NCBI GenBank assembly: GCA_963790405.1 | Contig: CAWBOJ010000003.1 | Location: 398,873-462,872 of the forward strand | Source of the DNA: an uncultured Actinomycetota bacterium | GTDB taxonomy: Bacteria; Actinomycetota; Coriobacteriia; Anaerosomatales; JAGXFU01 | DNA: 64,000 nt | Direction of reading: 5' to 3' | In this document: one piece after another, positions 31,380 through 42,993 of the stretch | How the letters are laid out: every line of letters begins with the position of its first letter | How positions within the stretch are numbered: the stretch's first letter is position 1 | The notes under the pieces: generated by a model | Database searches by the model: none | What the model saw: the letters and a program-made list of their open reading frames with translations, nothing else | Told to the model about the DNA's origin: nothing | Position numbers and translations under genes: made by a program

Positions 31380-31703
31380 GTGGGGCACGAAACGACATGG
31401 CGACCCTACAGCACGCACGGCAAGCTATCGGCGGCGCAGGAGAAGGCGCTTCCCGAATCGGCGTTCGCGTTCCCGACGCACCGTTCGTTGCCTCTGACCG
31501 ACGAGGGCTACGTGCGGAGTGCGATCGAGCACTTCAGCGAAGTCGAGAAGGTATCCGACGAGGAGCGCGAGCTCGCATTTGCCAACATCCAGAAGGCGGC
31601 TGCGTTCTACCACCTGCCGGTGGCCGAGACCGACTGGCGGCAACTCGGTACCCGGCACGCGGAACCAGCGTACAGGCGTCTAGACCGCGCGGGGCGCCGG
31701 TAG
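31380..31703 (+). CDS. hypothetical protein
   Basis: 107-aa ORF (GTG start) with protein-like composition ('LPESAFAFP...LPLTDEGYVRSAIEHFSEVEKVSDEERELAFANIQKAA'). No function inferred. Confidence 0.45.
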   Translation: MGHETTWRPYSTHGKLSAAQEKALPESAFAFPTHRSLPLTDEGYVRSAIEHFSEVEKVSDEERELAFANIQKAAAFYHLPVAETDWRQLGTRHAEPAYRRLDRAGRR

Positions 31704-31705
31704 TT

Positions 31706-32320
31706 CTAGCGGGTGGCGGTCACCACAACGTGAGTCGCGCTGAGATCACTTCGCGCTTCGCAGTCCTCGAAACCGGCTTCGCGCACCTGCGCACAGATGA
31801 TCTCGGCGGGGATGCGGATTTCTTGCGCCGGACCGCTTTCCATCTCTTTGGCTTTCCAGTCCGCGATGAGCAGCCGGCCACCGATCTTGAGGATGCGCAG
31901 TACATCAGCGAGCATCTGGGGTGGGGAGTCGAGTTCGTGGTGCAGATTGAGCATCACGACGAGGTCGGCTTCTCCGCCCGATAGTGGAATGCTGCTTTCA
32001 TCCGAGAGCTTGGGAACGATCTCGGCGTTGAGGTCGTCGGGCACGTTCGCTTTGATCCACTCGACCATTGTCGGGTGGGTGTCGAACGCGTAGACCACGC
32101 CGCTTTGCATGCGCCTGGCGAACTCAAATGCGTACACGCCGGTGCCCGCACCGATGTCGACAACGGTCTCGGCGTCGGGGACGCCGGCAACATCCCAGAG
32201 CATCTGAGGATCGAGCTGTTTGAGGCGTTTCGGGTCGTTGAGCCTTTGCAGCTTGTTGGGATCGAACTTGCGGTCGACCATGTTGTTGTCACGCTCCTGA
32301 AGGTATCGCGTCTCTGTCAC
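31706..32320 (-). CDS. class I SAM-dependent methyltransferase
   Basis: Motif I 'VVDIGAGTGVYAFEFA', then 'VYAFDTHP' and 'DLVVMLNLHHEL'. Confidence 0.8.
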   Translation of the reverse strand: MTETRYLQERDNNMVDRKFDPNKLQRLNDPKRLKQLDPQMLWDVAGVPDAETVVDIGAGTGVYAFEFARRMQSGVVYAFDTHPTMVEWIKANVPDDLNAEIVPKLSDESSIPLSGGEADLVVMLNLHHELDSPPQMLADVLRILKIGGRLLIADWKAKEMESGPAQEIRIPAEIICAQVREAGFEDCEARSDLSATHVVVTATR

Positions 32321-32340
32321 GCGGTTGAATCCGCCGCCGG

Positions 32341-33267
32341 CTACTGCGAGATGATGCGGTAGCGGACCTCATGCACGCCGCCGAAGTCGAGGACCCGGAC
32401 CACGCCGGGGCCAAGATCGAAGTCGCGGCTTTCCGAGTGTGGGCCGCGGTCTGCGACGCGCGCGACAGCACGCTTCCCGTTGTACTCGAACTCGATCAGC
32501 GTGCCGAACGGCAGTGTCTTGTGTGCGACGATCATCGAGTAAGGTCCGATCTCTTCGCCGCTTGCCCCGCGTCCGGTGAAGTCGCGTCCGTAGTGCGACG
32601 CAACGCCGGTCTGCCAGGCGCCGGAGCCCGTGAGCCGCTGCGTCGGGTCACTCGGTGCTGGCGTTGGCGCAGGTGCCGAGGCGGCTGCGGGCTTGGCGCT
32701 GGCAGCGGTTCGGGCTTCGTACTCCCGCAGAGCAGCTTCACTCGCAGCGAGCTCGCTCCTGGCGCGGGCGACTTCCTCGGCCATGTTATCCAGCGCACGC
32801 GCCCCATCGGCCTGAAGGTCGATCAGCTGCTCCGCTGATCGCTCTGCTTCTGCGCGGGCGGTCTTCAGGATCTGCAGAGTCTCGGCGTCCTGTCGGGCTA
32901 CGCGCATCAACAGGTCCCAGCGTTCCACGAAATCCTCGAACGACGAGGCGCCCAGCAGTACCGAGACGAAGCTGATGTCGTCGGAACGGTACATGCTCAG
33001 CACGCGGAGGGAGAGTCTCTTGCGGGCCTGCTGCTCCTCGGCGACGAGCCGGTCGAGCTCCGCAGACGTCTCCGTCATGCGAGCGTTGATGTCTGCCGAT
33101 TGGGCCTGTGCCGCTTCGTACTGCTCGACCGCCTGCGCGACTGCAGCGCGCTGGGCGGATGTCTGGGCAGCCGAAGGCGTGGCCACTGCGGACATCGCCG
33201 GAAGCCCCAAGAGGCATACTGCGATCGCAATGGCGAGAGCCAGACTGGTTGTTCGCCGATGAGACAC
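32341..33267 (-). CDS. secreted cell-wall protein: coiled-coil N-domain + RlpA-like double-psi beta-barrel
   Basis: Signal peptide, long Ala/Glu/Gln coiled-coil, Pro/Ala linker, C-terminal 'GVASHYG...FTGRGASGE...VAHKTLPFGT...VADRGP'. Confidence 0.7.
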   Translation of the reverse strand: MSHRRTTSLALAIAIAVCLLGLPAMSAVATPSAAQTSAQRAAVAQAVEQYEAAQAQSADINARMTETSAELDRLVAEEQQARKRLSLRVLSMYRSDDISFVSVLLGASSFEDFVERWDLLMRVARQDAETLQILKTARAEAERSAEQLIDLQADGARALDNMAEEVARARSELAASEAALREYEARTAASAKPAAASAPAPTPAPSDPTQRLTGSGAWQTGVASHYGRDFTGRGASGEEIGPYSMIVAHKTLPFGTLIEFEYNGKRAVARVADRGPHSESRDFDLGPGVVRVLDFGGVHEVRYRIISQ

Positions 33268-33440
33268 GTCGCCTAGTGTACCAACCGGGCGGGCGCGCCA
33301 TCAGTAGCGGCACCGAGTTCGGCCATTTGGCAGCGATCACGCGCGTGCCGTAACCGGTGGCGGTGCCCCGCCGTTTCTAGCGAGTAGAGAGTGCGAATTG
33401 ACCGGAGTCACCGGTCGGATCGTTAGGGGAGGGTGATTTC

Positions 33441-34430
33441 ATGCGTTACGTACGAAAGCTACCCGTGCTCGGCTTGGCAACCTTGCTGCTTGTTGCGCTG
33501 GTCGTTCCAGGTGCACTTGCTGTGCAGCCGGTGGTGCCAACCGACATGGGCGTTCCAGCCTACTCGTACACCCAGCAGCTGTCGGCGGGGGCGCGCATCG
33601 CGGGGACCGAGTCCGAGCTGGCCGCCGCGAACACCGTTGCAGGCTGGTTCGAGGAGGCCGGGTACGAACCCGAGTTCCAGCCGTTCAGGTTCGGGGACAA
33701 GGGGGCATTCGATTCGCAGAACGTAATCGCGTACAGCGCGGCCGCACAGGGCTCCTCGGCCCAGACTCCGCTCGTGATCGTGGGAGCACACTACGACTGT
33801 GTAGCGGCTGCGAAGGGCGCTGACGACAATGCATCGGGCGTCGCCGCGATGCTGGAAGTCGCCGCACGCCTAAAGGATCATAAGCTTCCCTACGATGTGG
33901 CCTTCATCGCTTTCGGCGCCGAGGAAGTGGGGCTCAAGGGCTCGAACTACTACGTCTCCCAGATGAGCGATCAGGACATGGCGCGAACGATCGCGATGAT
34001 CAACTTCGATTCGCTCATCGTAGGCGACTACTGCTACATCCATTCCGGGCTGAACCACGAGACCTGGGTTCAAGACGACATGCTCGAGATAATCGACGAC
34101 CTCGATCTGCCGATCGTTACGCATCCCAGCCCCAAGTACCCGGCTGGAGTGACGCCCAACGAGTTCAGCGACTACTCGGCATTCAACAAGGCCGGCATCC
34201 CGATCGTCGCCTTCGAGGCTACGAACTGGGAGATTGCCAATCTGGACGGATATGCGCAGCTGGATCCGACGCAGTTCGACGATCCGGAGTACGCCGACCT
34301 GTGGGAGATCTGGCACACCGAATACGACTATCTGGAGTTCATCGACGGGCTCCTCGGCGAGAGGCCCGAGCAGCATCTGAAGGCGTACACGACACTCGTC
34401 TACGTGTTCTTGCGCGACTTGCGCCCGTAG
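33441..34430 (+). CDS. M28 family metallopeptidase (aminopeptidase)
   Basis: Signal peptide, then 'VGAHYDCVAAAKGADDNASGVAAMLEVA' and 'FIAFGAEEVGLKGS'. Confidence 0.85.
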   Translation: MRYVRKLPVLGLATLLLVALVVPGALAVQPVVPTDMGVPAYSYTQQLSAGARIAGTESELAAANTVAGWFEEAGYEPEFQPFRFGDKGAFDSQNVIAYSAAAQGSSAQTPLVIVGAHYDCVAAAKGADDNASGVAAMLEVAARLKDHKLPYDVAFIAFGAEEVGLKGSNYYVSQMSDQDMARTIAMINFDSLIVGDYCYIHSGLNHETWVQDDMLEIIDDLDLPIVTHPSPKYPAGVTPNEFSDYSAFNKAGIPIVAFEATNWEIANLDGYAQLDPTQFDDPEYADLWEIWHTEYDYLEFIDGLLGERPEQHLKAYTTLVYVFLRDLRP

Positions 34431-34437
34431 CACAGGG

Positions 34438-34461
34438 CCTGCGCGACTCTTTGCGCGCAGG
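34438..34461 (+). terminator. stem-loop after the M28 peptidase gene
   Basis: CCTGCGCG-actctttg-CGCGCAGG, 8 nt after the stop. Confidence 0.4.
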
Positions 34462-34514
34462 GGAGCAGTGGTGCGGGATTGTACGCTCGCAGGGCGTCGG
34501 GTTCGTCCGGAAGC

Positions 34515-34567
34515 ATATGATAAAAACGTACGAAACAGTTCACAAAGTCCGACGTATCTATCATAAT
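34515..34567. promoter_or_regulatory. AT-rich imperfect inverted repeat upstream of abiEi (candidate promoter/operator)
   Basis: ATATGATAAAAACGT ... ACGTATCTATCATAAT. The arms are near-complementary. Ends 7 bp before ATG 34574, in a locally AT-rich island. Confidence 0.3.
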
Positions 34568-34573
34568 GACCCC

Positions 34574-35191
34574 ATGAAACGGCCACCTTCAGAGGCAGCG
34601 CTTCGGCATGCGGCCGACGTGTTCATGCAGCACGGCGGGACTATGCGCACCGGTGAGGCCGCGTCGGCAGGGATTCACTACGCGACGCTGTACTGGATGA
34701 GAGATCAGGGACGCCTCGAGCGCCTCACCCGGGGCGTCTACCGGCTGGCTGAACTGCCTGCCCCCGGCAAGTACGATGTAGTTGCCGTCGCAGAACGGGT
34801 GCCGGCAGCGGTGCTGTGCCTCGTCAGTGCTCTCGACTTTCACGATATCGGCAATCAAATACCGCACGCCGTGGAGATTGCAGTTGGGCCGAGTGACCGG
34901 CATCCGAAACTCGATTACCCGCCGTTGCGCGTTTATCGCATGTCAGGCGAGGCGCTCACATCAGGCATCGAGGAGCACGATGTGGACGGCACGAGAGTCC
35001 GCGTGTATAGCATCGCCAAGACAGTTGCCGACTGCTTCAAGTTCAGGAACAAGATCGGCTATGACGTGGCAATCGAGGCTCTGCAAGAGGTCGTGCACGA
35101 ACACCTCGCATCGCCGGCGGAGATTATGGAGTACGCCCAGGTCGACCGAGTCGCGCGGATTGTCAGGCCCTACCTTGAGGCGCTTCAGTGA
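34574..35191 (+). CDS. type IV toxin-antitoxin system AbiEi family antitoxin
   Basis: 205 aa. N-terminal wHTH 'GGTMRTGEAASAGIHYATLYWMRDQGRLERLTRGVYRLA', C-terminal 'KTVADCFKFRNKIGYDVAIEAL'. 4-bp overlap with the next gene. Confidence 0.8.
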   Translation: MKRPPSEAALRHAADVFMQHGGTMRTGEAASAGIHYATLYWMRDQGRLERLTRGVYRLAELPAPGKYDVVAVAERVPAAVLCLVSALDFHDIGNQIPHAVEIAVGPSDRHPKLDYPPLRVYRMSGEALTSGIEEHDVDGTRVRVYSIAKTVADCFKFRNKIGYDVAIEALQEVVHEHLASPAEIMEYAQVDRVARIVRPYLEALQ

Positions 35192-36120
35192 GCGCCCGGC
35201 AGGTCACTAACGTACCCGCGTCGGTACGCGGGCGGCTTGTGAACCGCGCGAGGGAGCAGAGGGAGTCTTTCGACCAGATACTCCTGTACTTCGCCATCGA
35301 GCGCTTCCTATTCAGGCTTTCGCGCACGGAATGGGGAGACCGTCTCGTGGTCAAGGGCGCCACGATGCTCCGAGCGCGGGGCACACCGCTGGGCAGACCG
35401 ACCAAGGACATCGACTTCTTCGGATCCATAGATGCATCTCCGGCTAGCATCGAGCGGATCATCAGGGATTGCCTGCGTGTAGAGTACCCGGCTGACGGCA
35501 TCGTTTTCGGGGATGAGATCAAGCTATCCGAGATCACAGTGGCGAATCGCTATCCGGGTGTTCGCGTCGTGCTTCGGGGTCATCTCGATAACGCGCGCTT
35601 CAAGCTCAAGCTGGAGATCGGCGTTGATGATGCAGTGGTACCCGACCCGGGGTGGGTCGACTACCCCGTGCTGCTCGATCTCGAGGCTCCGCGCGTACTT
35701 GTCTACCAACCAGTCACCGCCATTGCCGAGAAGCTCGAGGCGATGGTCAAATTGGGCATCACCAACAGTCGAATGAAGGACTTCTACGACATCTGGCTGT
35801 TGGCGCGGACACAACGATTCGACGGCACCGAGATGGCATCGGCCCTTCGCGCAACGTTTGATCATCGACAGACACCGTTGCCAGAGGGGTTGCCGGTTGC
35901 ATTCACCCCGGCCTACTACGATGACCCTGCGGTGCAGGCGAGATGGCGCGGTTTCATCGCCAAGTACGGGATTGATACTGCCGATGAACTGGCAGAGATA
36001 TGCGCAGCAATCGCCAAGTTCGTGATGCCGGCGCTGCAAGCTTCGGCCCAGGGCGCCGACTTCCAGATGGTGTGGACTGCGGAATCCGGCTGGATGCCAG
36101 TTGAGGAGGCCGAGGAGTGA
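35188..36120 (+). CDS. nucleotidyltransferase AbiEii/AbiGii family toxin
   Basis: 310 aa. 'ILLYFAIERFLFRLSRTEWGDRLVVKGATMLRA...RPTKDIDFFG' and 'PVTAIAEKLEAMVKLGITNSRMKDFYDIW' match AbiEii motifs. Confidence 0.85.
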   Translation: MSARQVTNVPASVRGRLVNRAREQRESFDQILLYFAIERFLFRLSRTEWGDRLVVKGATMLRARGTPLGRPTKDIDFFGSIDASPASIERIIRDCLRVEYPADGIVFGDEIKLSEITVANRYPGVRVVLRGHLDNARFKLKLEIGVDDAVVPDPGWVDYPVLLDLEAPRVLVYQPVTAIAEKLEAMVKLGITNSRMKDFYDIWLLARTQRFDGTEMASALRATFDHRQTPLPEGLPVAFTPAYYDDPAVQARWRGFIAKYGIDTADELAEICAAIAKFVMPALQASAQGADFQMVWTAESGWMPVEEAEE

Positions 36121-36176
36121 TTGGGAAGGGCATGCAGTCAGGGTGTTCTCGCGTCCCGAACGCTCTTCCCCGCGCG

Positions 36177-36998
36177 TCAGATTGCGCGCCCGCCTCGCTG
36201 AGCGAGTCCTGCCGCGACCTCGAGTACGAGTAGCGCGGCGAGTCGCACCGTGCGCCCGTCGGGCGCGTCGGCAGCTGCATCCACCTCGGTGATGTCGACG
36301 CCTCGCACGCGCGGATCGTGGGCGAGCAGGCGTGCGAACTGCCTCAGCTCGTCGGCGGAGATGCCTCCGGGTGCTGAGGCGGGGCAGCCGGGGACGACGG
36401 AGCGGTCGCAGACATCCACGTCGAGGTCGACGAAGATCGGACGACCGCCATGGCCGGCAATCTCGAGCGCTTGCGCGGTGACCTCGAGCGGCGAGCGCAG
36501 ACGGAGCGCGTCGCGGGCGATGACCGTGATGCCGTACTCGTGCGCGCGATCCGCGTAGAACGCCGAGTTCGAGAAATCCGCGATGCCGATCTGAACGATG
36601 TGCGCCCCGGGCAGACCCGCTTCGACGAGACGGCGCACCGGCGAGCCGTTGGTGGTGCCGTCGCGCAGGTCGTGGTGGGCGTCCAGGGTGATGAGTCCCC
36701 ATTCTCCAAGCGCGTCGCCAGCGAGTCCGCGCAGCAGGGAGTACGTGATCGAGTTGTCGCCTCCGATGCCGAGGACAAGCGGGAAGCGCTGCGCGGCGCT
36801 CTTGCGCGGCCGGACGACTCGCGCTTCTCCGTCGGGACCGTCGGGATTCTCGACGTCGCCCAGATCGACCGCGCGCAGCGAAGCGAGATCGACACCACTG
36901 CTTGCAGCGAACAGCGAGTAGCGCGAGAGCGCCTCGCGAACCGCGGCGGGGGTCGTGTGAGCACTCGAGGGTGAGATCGAGGTCGTGTGGGCAGGCAC
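36177..36998 (-). CDS. hutG: arginase-family hydrolase, probable formimidoylglutamase; N-terminus probably extends to ATG 37108 across a frame break
   Basis: Mn-binding motifs 'GGDNSITY', 'LDAHHDLRD', 'VDLDVDVCD', 'GGISADEL'. Adjacent and divergent to hutHUI. Upstream in-frame 'DWLAPSAEPSTARGDLALIG' has no start codon, while 'MAKS...' lies in another frame. Confidence 0.7.
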   Translation of the reverse strand: MPAHTTSISPSSAHTTPAAVREALSRYSLFAASSGVDLASLRAVDLGDVENPDGPDGEARVVRPRKSAAQRFPLVLGIGGDNSITYSLLRGLAGDALGEWGLITLDAHHDLRDGTTNGSPVRRLVEAGLPGAHIVQIGIADFSNSAFYADRAHEYGITVIARDALRLRSPLEVTAQALEIAGHGGRPIFVDLDVDVCDRSVVPGCPASAPGGISADELRQFARLLAHDPRVRGVDITEVDAAADAPDGRTVRLAALLVLEVAAGLAQRGGRAI

Positions 36999-37266
36999 GC
37001 CGATCAGCGCGAGGTCGCCGCGCGCCGTGCTCGGCTCGGCCGAGGGCGCGAGCCAGTCGGAGCTTCTCGGCCAGTTTGGGTCGCTGCGGCAAGGTTCGAC
37101 TTGGCCATGAAATCCACCTCACAAGGGCAGACGGCGACGGGTTCCATCGCCGCGAATCGGGCAGATACTCTAGCGGCGGGCGCATTGGTGCAGGTCAAGG
37201 TGTAACGTGCGGTATGCGCCCCCACAGATGAGTGTTCCACACTTTGGACACGATGAGAGGTACGGG

Positions 37267-38811
37267 ATGAACGAGATGCGCCGAGTGGTGCTGCACGTGG
37301 ATCCGCCAACCATGGATGACGTGCTTGCGGTCGCGCGCGCGGGAGCTGCGGTCGAGATATCCGATGAGTCCGCGACGGCCATCGATGAGTCCCGCGCCCA
37401 CGTCGATCGCCTGGCGCGCTCGGGGGAGCCGGTGTATGGCATCAGCACGGGATTCGGCGCGCTTGCCACGAAGTACATCGAGCCGGAAAAGCGTCGTCAA
37501 CTGCAGCGCGCACTCGTCCGCTCCCATGCCGCCGGGGCCGGAGCCGCAGTCGAGACCGAGGTCGTGCGCGCGATGATGATGCTGCGACTCTCGACGCTGT
37601 GCACAGGGCGCACGGGTGTGCGTCTCAGCACCGTGCAGGCGTACGCGGCTCTGCTCAACGCGCATATCACGCCGCACGTGCCGGAGTACGGGTCGCTCGG
37701 CTGCTCGGGAGATCTGGCGCCGCTCGCTCACTGCGCGCTGGTGCTGATCGGTCAGGGCGAGGTGCTTGACTCCGCCGGCACGCGAATGCCCGCTACCGAA
37801 GCGCTCGCTGCGGCCGGACTGGAGCCGGTCGAGCTGCAGGAGAAGGAAGGCCTCGCGCTGATCAACGGCACCGACGGCATGCTCGGCATGCTCGTCATGG
37901 CCATCGCCGACATGACCTCGCTTCTGAAGGTGGCCGACATCGGCGCGGCGATGACCGTCGAGGCGCTTCTCGGCACGGATCGGGTGTACGCGGCCGATCT
38001 GCAGGCGCTCAGGCCGCAGCCCGGTCAGGCGGCCTCGGCGCGGAATCTCACGCGGGTGATGGATGGCTCGCAGATCACGGCCTCGCATCGCACCGGCGAC
38101 GTGCGCGTGCAAGACGCGTACTCGCTTCGCTGTGCGCCGCAGGTAGCGGGCGCGGTGCGCGACACGCTGGAGCATGCCGAGAAGGTCGCGCTGCGCGAGA
38201 TGGCCTCGGCTATCGACAACCCGGTGGTGCTGCCCGACGGGCGGATCGAGTCCAACGGCAACTTCCACGGCGCTCCTGTGGCCTACGTGCTCGACTTCCT
38301 CGCGATCGCCGCGGCGGATCTGGCGTCGATGAGCGAGCGCCGCACCGACCGGATGCTCGATCCTTCGCGCTCCAACGGGCTGCCGCCGTTTCTGGCCGAG
38401 GACCCCGGTGTGGACTCGGGACACATGATCGCGCAGTACACGCAGGCGTCGATCGTGAGCGAGATGAAGCGGCTCGCGGCACCCGCGAGTGTGGACTCGA
38501 TCCCGTCCTCGGCGATGCAAGAAGACCACGTCTCGATGGGCTGGAACGCGGCGCGCAAGTTGCGTCGCGCGCTCGAGGGGCTCGAGATCGTCCTCGCGAT
38601 CGAGGTGCTGGTGGCCGCCCGCGCGCTCGAGCTTCGGGAGCCGCTCGCGCCCGGTGCCGGTACCGGCAGCAGCGCAAAGCGCGGTGCACGCGCGCGTCGG
38701 GCAGGCGGGGCCGGATGCCGAGCTCGCGGTCGAGATCGAAGCCGCCCGGCGCTTGTCGGCGACGGCGCGCTGGTCGCGGCCGTCGAGGAGGTCGTGGGGG
38801 CGTTGGAGTGA
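37267..38811 (+). CDS. hutH: histidine ammonia-lyase; apparent compensating frame-shift pair at about 38660/38755
   Basis: MIO-forming '[14 protein letters not shown]', 'NGTDGM', 'QDAYSLRC', '[12 protein letters not shown]'. The segment '[30 protein letters not shown]' reads better in frame 2. Confidence 0.9.
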   Translation: MNEMRRVVLHVDPPTMDDVLAVARAGAAVEISDESATAIDESRAHVDRLARSGEPVYGISTGFGALATKYIEPEKRRQLQRALVRSHAAGAGAAVETEVVRAMMMLRLSTLCTGRTGVRLSTVQAYAALLNAHITPHVPEYGSLGCSGDLAPLAHCALVLIGQGEVLDSAGTRMPATEALAAAGLEPVELQEKEGLALINGTDGMLGMLVMAIADMTSLLKVADIGAAMTVEALLGTDRVYAADLQALRPQPGQAASARNLTRVMDGSQITASHRTGDVRVQDAYSLRCAPQVAGAVRDTLEHAEKVALREMASAIDNPVVLPDGRIESNGNFHGAPVAYVLDFLAIAAADLASMSERRTDRMLDPSRSNGLPPFLAEDPGVDSGHMIAQYTQASIVSEMKRLAAPASVDSIPSSAMQEDHVSMGWNAARKLRRALEGLEIVLAIEVLVAARALELREPLAPGAGTGSSAKRGARARRAGGAGCRARGRDRSRPALVGDGALVAAVEEVVGALE

Positions 38812-38848
38812 CCGCGCGGAGGGTCGCTCGGGACACAAGGAGGTCGTC

Positions 38849-40510
<1,662 letters not shown>

Positions 40511-40514
<4 letters not shown>

Positions 40515-41701
40515 GCGCCACCGTCATCACAGGCATCGGCGAGCTCGTGACCTGCGATTCGACGCTTGGCGACGGGAGCCCGCTCGGCATCGTGCGAGAC
40601 GCGGCGATCGTCATCGAGGGCGATCGCGTGGCGTGGGTCGGTGCCGCCAGCGCCGCTTCCGCTGCAGACGAGCGCGTGGATGTCGGCGGTCGCGCGGTCG
40701 TGCCCGGCTTCGTCGACAGCCACACGCACCTGGTCTTCGCCGGGGAGCGCTCGGCCGAGTTCGCCGCGCGCATGGCCGGCGAGCCCTACACCGGCGGCGG
40801 CATCATGACGACGGTCGCTGCGACGCGCGCTGCTTCTGCCGAGGAGCTGCGCGCGAACACGCGCCGGCTCGCCGACGAGATGCTCGGGTTCGGCACCACC
40901 ACGGTCGAGATCAAGAGCGGCTACGGGCTCACCGTTGCCGACGAGGTGAAGCTGCTGCAGGTCGCACGCGAGTTCACCTCCGAGACGACGTTTCTCGGCG
41001 CGCATGTCGTGCCTGCCGAGTACGCGGACGATCGCGCTGCGTACGTCGCGCTCGTCACGGGCGAGATGCTTGAGGCGTGCGCTCCGCTCGCACGCTGGAT
41101 CGACGTCTTCTGCGACACCGGCGCGTTCGATGAGGATGAGACCCGCGCGATCCTCTCGGCGGGTGTCTCGGCGGGACTGATGCCGAAGCTGCACGGCAAC
41201 CAGCTGGAGCACGGGCCTGGCGTGCGCCTCGCGGTGGAGTTCGAGGCCGCGAGCGTCGATCACTGCACGCACCTCACCGATGGCGACATCGAAGCCCTGC
41301 GCGATTCCGACGTCGTGGCTACGCTGCTTCCCGGTGCCGACTTCTCTACGCGAGGGCCGTATCCCGACGCCCGCAAGGTGCTCGATGCGGGCGTCACCGT
41401 CGCGCTGGCGACGGACTGCAACCCGGGATCGTCGTATGTGACATCGATGCCGCTTTGCGTCGCCCTGGCGGTTCGCGAGATGCGCATGACGCCTGCCGAG
41501 GCGCTTCTCGCTGCCACCGCCGGCGGGGCCGCGGCGCTCAGACGCGCGGACGTCGGCCGCTTGTCCCCGGGAGCTGCGGCCGATTTCGTCGTGCTCGATG
41601 CCCCGAGCCACGTGCACCTGGCTTACCGGCCCGGGGGCCGCCTTGTGAGCGCGGTGTGGCGGGGCGGAGTGTCGTCCTCGGACTTGTCGGCGTTCATGTA
41701 G
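40511..41701 (+). CDS. hutI: imidazolonepropionase
   Basis: 396 aa, intact. '[14 protein letters not shown]', '[11 protein letters not shown]', 'HGNQL', 'ATDCNPGS'. 4-bp overlap with hutU. Confidence 0.9.
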
Positions 41702-41831
41702 ACCACGCGTGTGGCCGTGCCCGACTCTCACAACAGCAGCCGGTCGTTTGCGCTTCAGACGAGTCGGGAAGCCACAAGATGGATCAATCGATTGCAGCCG
41801 GGGGTATGTGGTGGAACAACATCAGGAGTTC

Positions 41832-42216
41832 ATGGGACTTGTACTGGACGACGAGGTTCTTCTCACGCCTGAGGGCCCCATGTCCCTCGCTGAGTTGACG
41901 CGCGCCGAGTTCGTGCGAGACGTGGTTGTCGACGGCCAGGGACCGACCACCAAAGGGACTTCGACTCCTGCTGTGATCGGGGGAGCGCTCGTAGGTGGGG
42001 CGCTGTTCGGAGGAATCGGGGCAGTGGGCGGCGGGCTTCTCGGCTCGACTGTGGAGCGAGAGACTCCCGGGAACGCCGAGGTTTCGGACTGCGTCGGTGA
42101 AGCTCGTGTTCGAGACCGGATCCAGCGCCTATTCGATGGATATTCCGCGCGACAAGGAGGCGGACGCCCACAAGTTCGCCCAGATGGTCGAGCGGGCGAT
42201 GAAGAGGCGCCGCTAG
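41832..42216 (+). CDS. hypothetical small protein, frame-disrupted near 42070
   Basis: 'MGLVLDDEVLLTPEGPMSLAELTRAEF...GGALVGGALFGGIGAVGGGLLGS', then 'SVKLVFETGSSAYSMDIPRDKEADAHKFAQMVERAMKRRR*' in ORF 41995-42216. Confidence 0.35.
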
Positions 42217-42567
42217 ACGTCGGATGCAGCAAACGGCGCCGGACTTGAGGGCTCGCGGCTGAGGGGTACCATCAACAGGAGCGCTCGCAGCCGCGCCCGG
42301 GTCGGGCTCGATCCTGAAGCGTCGCTGCTGCAAGGCGAGGTCGGGCGCATCGGTCGGGAGCCCGCGCCTGGCTGCCCGATGTCGCGCCAGGAGAATCGAT
42401 TCGTCAACTGAATGGCCCTGCAACGCCGTGGCGTGTGGCCGGTCAGACCGTGATCTGCTCTCCCCACGCGCGGATCTTGTCCCAATCGCGTCCGTCGGAT
42501 GTCGGTTGACCTGGTGGGACGAGACGGAACCCGGAAGACGGTCAGTCCACATAATACGTCTTGCGTT

Positions 42568-42588
42568 GTATTACGCATTGCGTAATAC
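42568..42588. promoter_or_regulatory. perfect 21-bp palindrome (candidate operator)
   Basis: GTATTACGCA-T-TGCGTAATAC lies in an AT-rich intergenic stretch about 50-60 bp upstream of the 42640 gene. A related TACG/TGCGT half-site lies just upstream. Confidence 0.4.
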
Positions 42589-42639
42589 TAGCTCCAGAGT
42601 CACCAGGACGGGGCTGGGACAGTTGGTCGATCCAAGGGG

Positions 42640-42993
42640 GTGGTTCGGATGGCGGACTTCGATCCTATGAAGTTCTTCGCGCTGTGGATGTTCACGCACG
42701 ATCAAGCTGACGACCTGATGGTGCAGTCGGTTGAGCGTGGCCGCGGTGTTGCGGGCGAGGGAATGTCCGGTGGGGCCGATGCCTTCACCGATGGCTTCAT
42801 GGCAATGGTTGCCGAGGAGAAGGCGCGCCTCAACGAGCAGATCGCCTCGGGGAAGACCGATGAGGCTGTGAGTCCTGGGGACGAGCATCTCGACGAGGTT
42901 CGCTTCGAGGTCGCCGAGTTGCGCGGGCGATTGGACCAGATGCAGGTGACCCTGGATGCGATTGCAGCGCACGTCGGCGCCAAGGGGGCGTGA
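42640..42993 (+). CDS. hypothetical protein (coiled-coil C-terminus)
   Basis: 117-aa ORF (alternative ATG at 42649, 'MADFDPMKFF...'). The stop overlaps the UbiB start (GTGA). Confidence 0.45.
   Translation: MVRMADFDPMKFFALWMFTHDQADDLMVQSVERGRGVAGEGMSGGADAFTDGFMAMVAEEKARLNEQIASGKTDEAVSPGDEHLDEVRFEVAELRGRLDQMQVTLDAIAAHVGAKGA

Noticed and set aside
35524-37185. 553-aa minus-strand ORF spanning abiEii and hutG.
   Set aside because: Extremely Arg/Pro/Ala-rich nonsense. It overlaps two genes with clear motifs in other frames or on the other strand.
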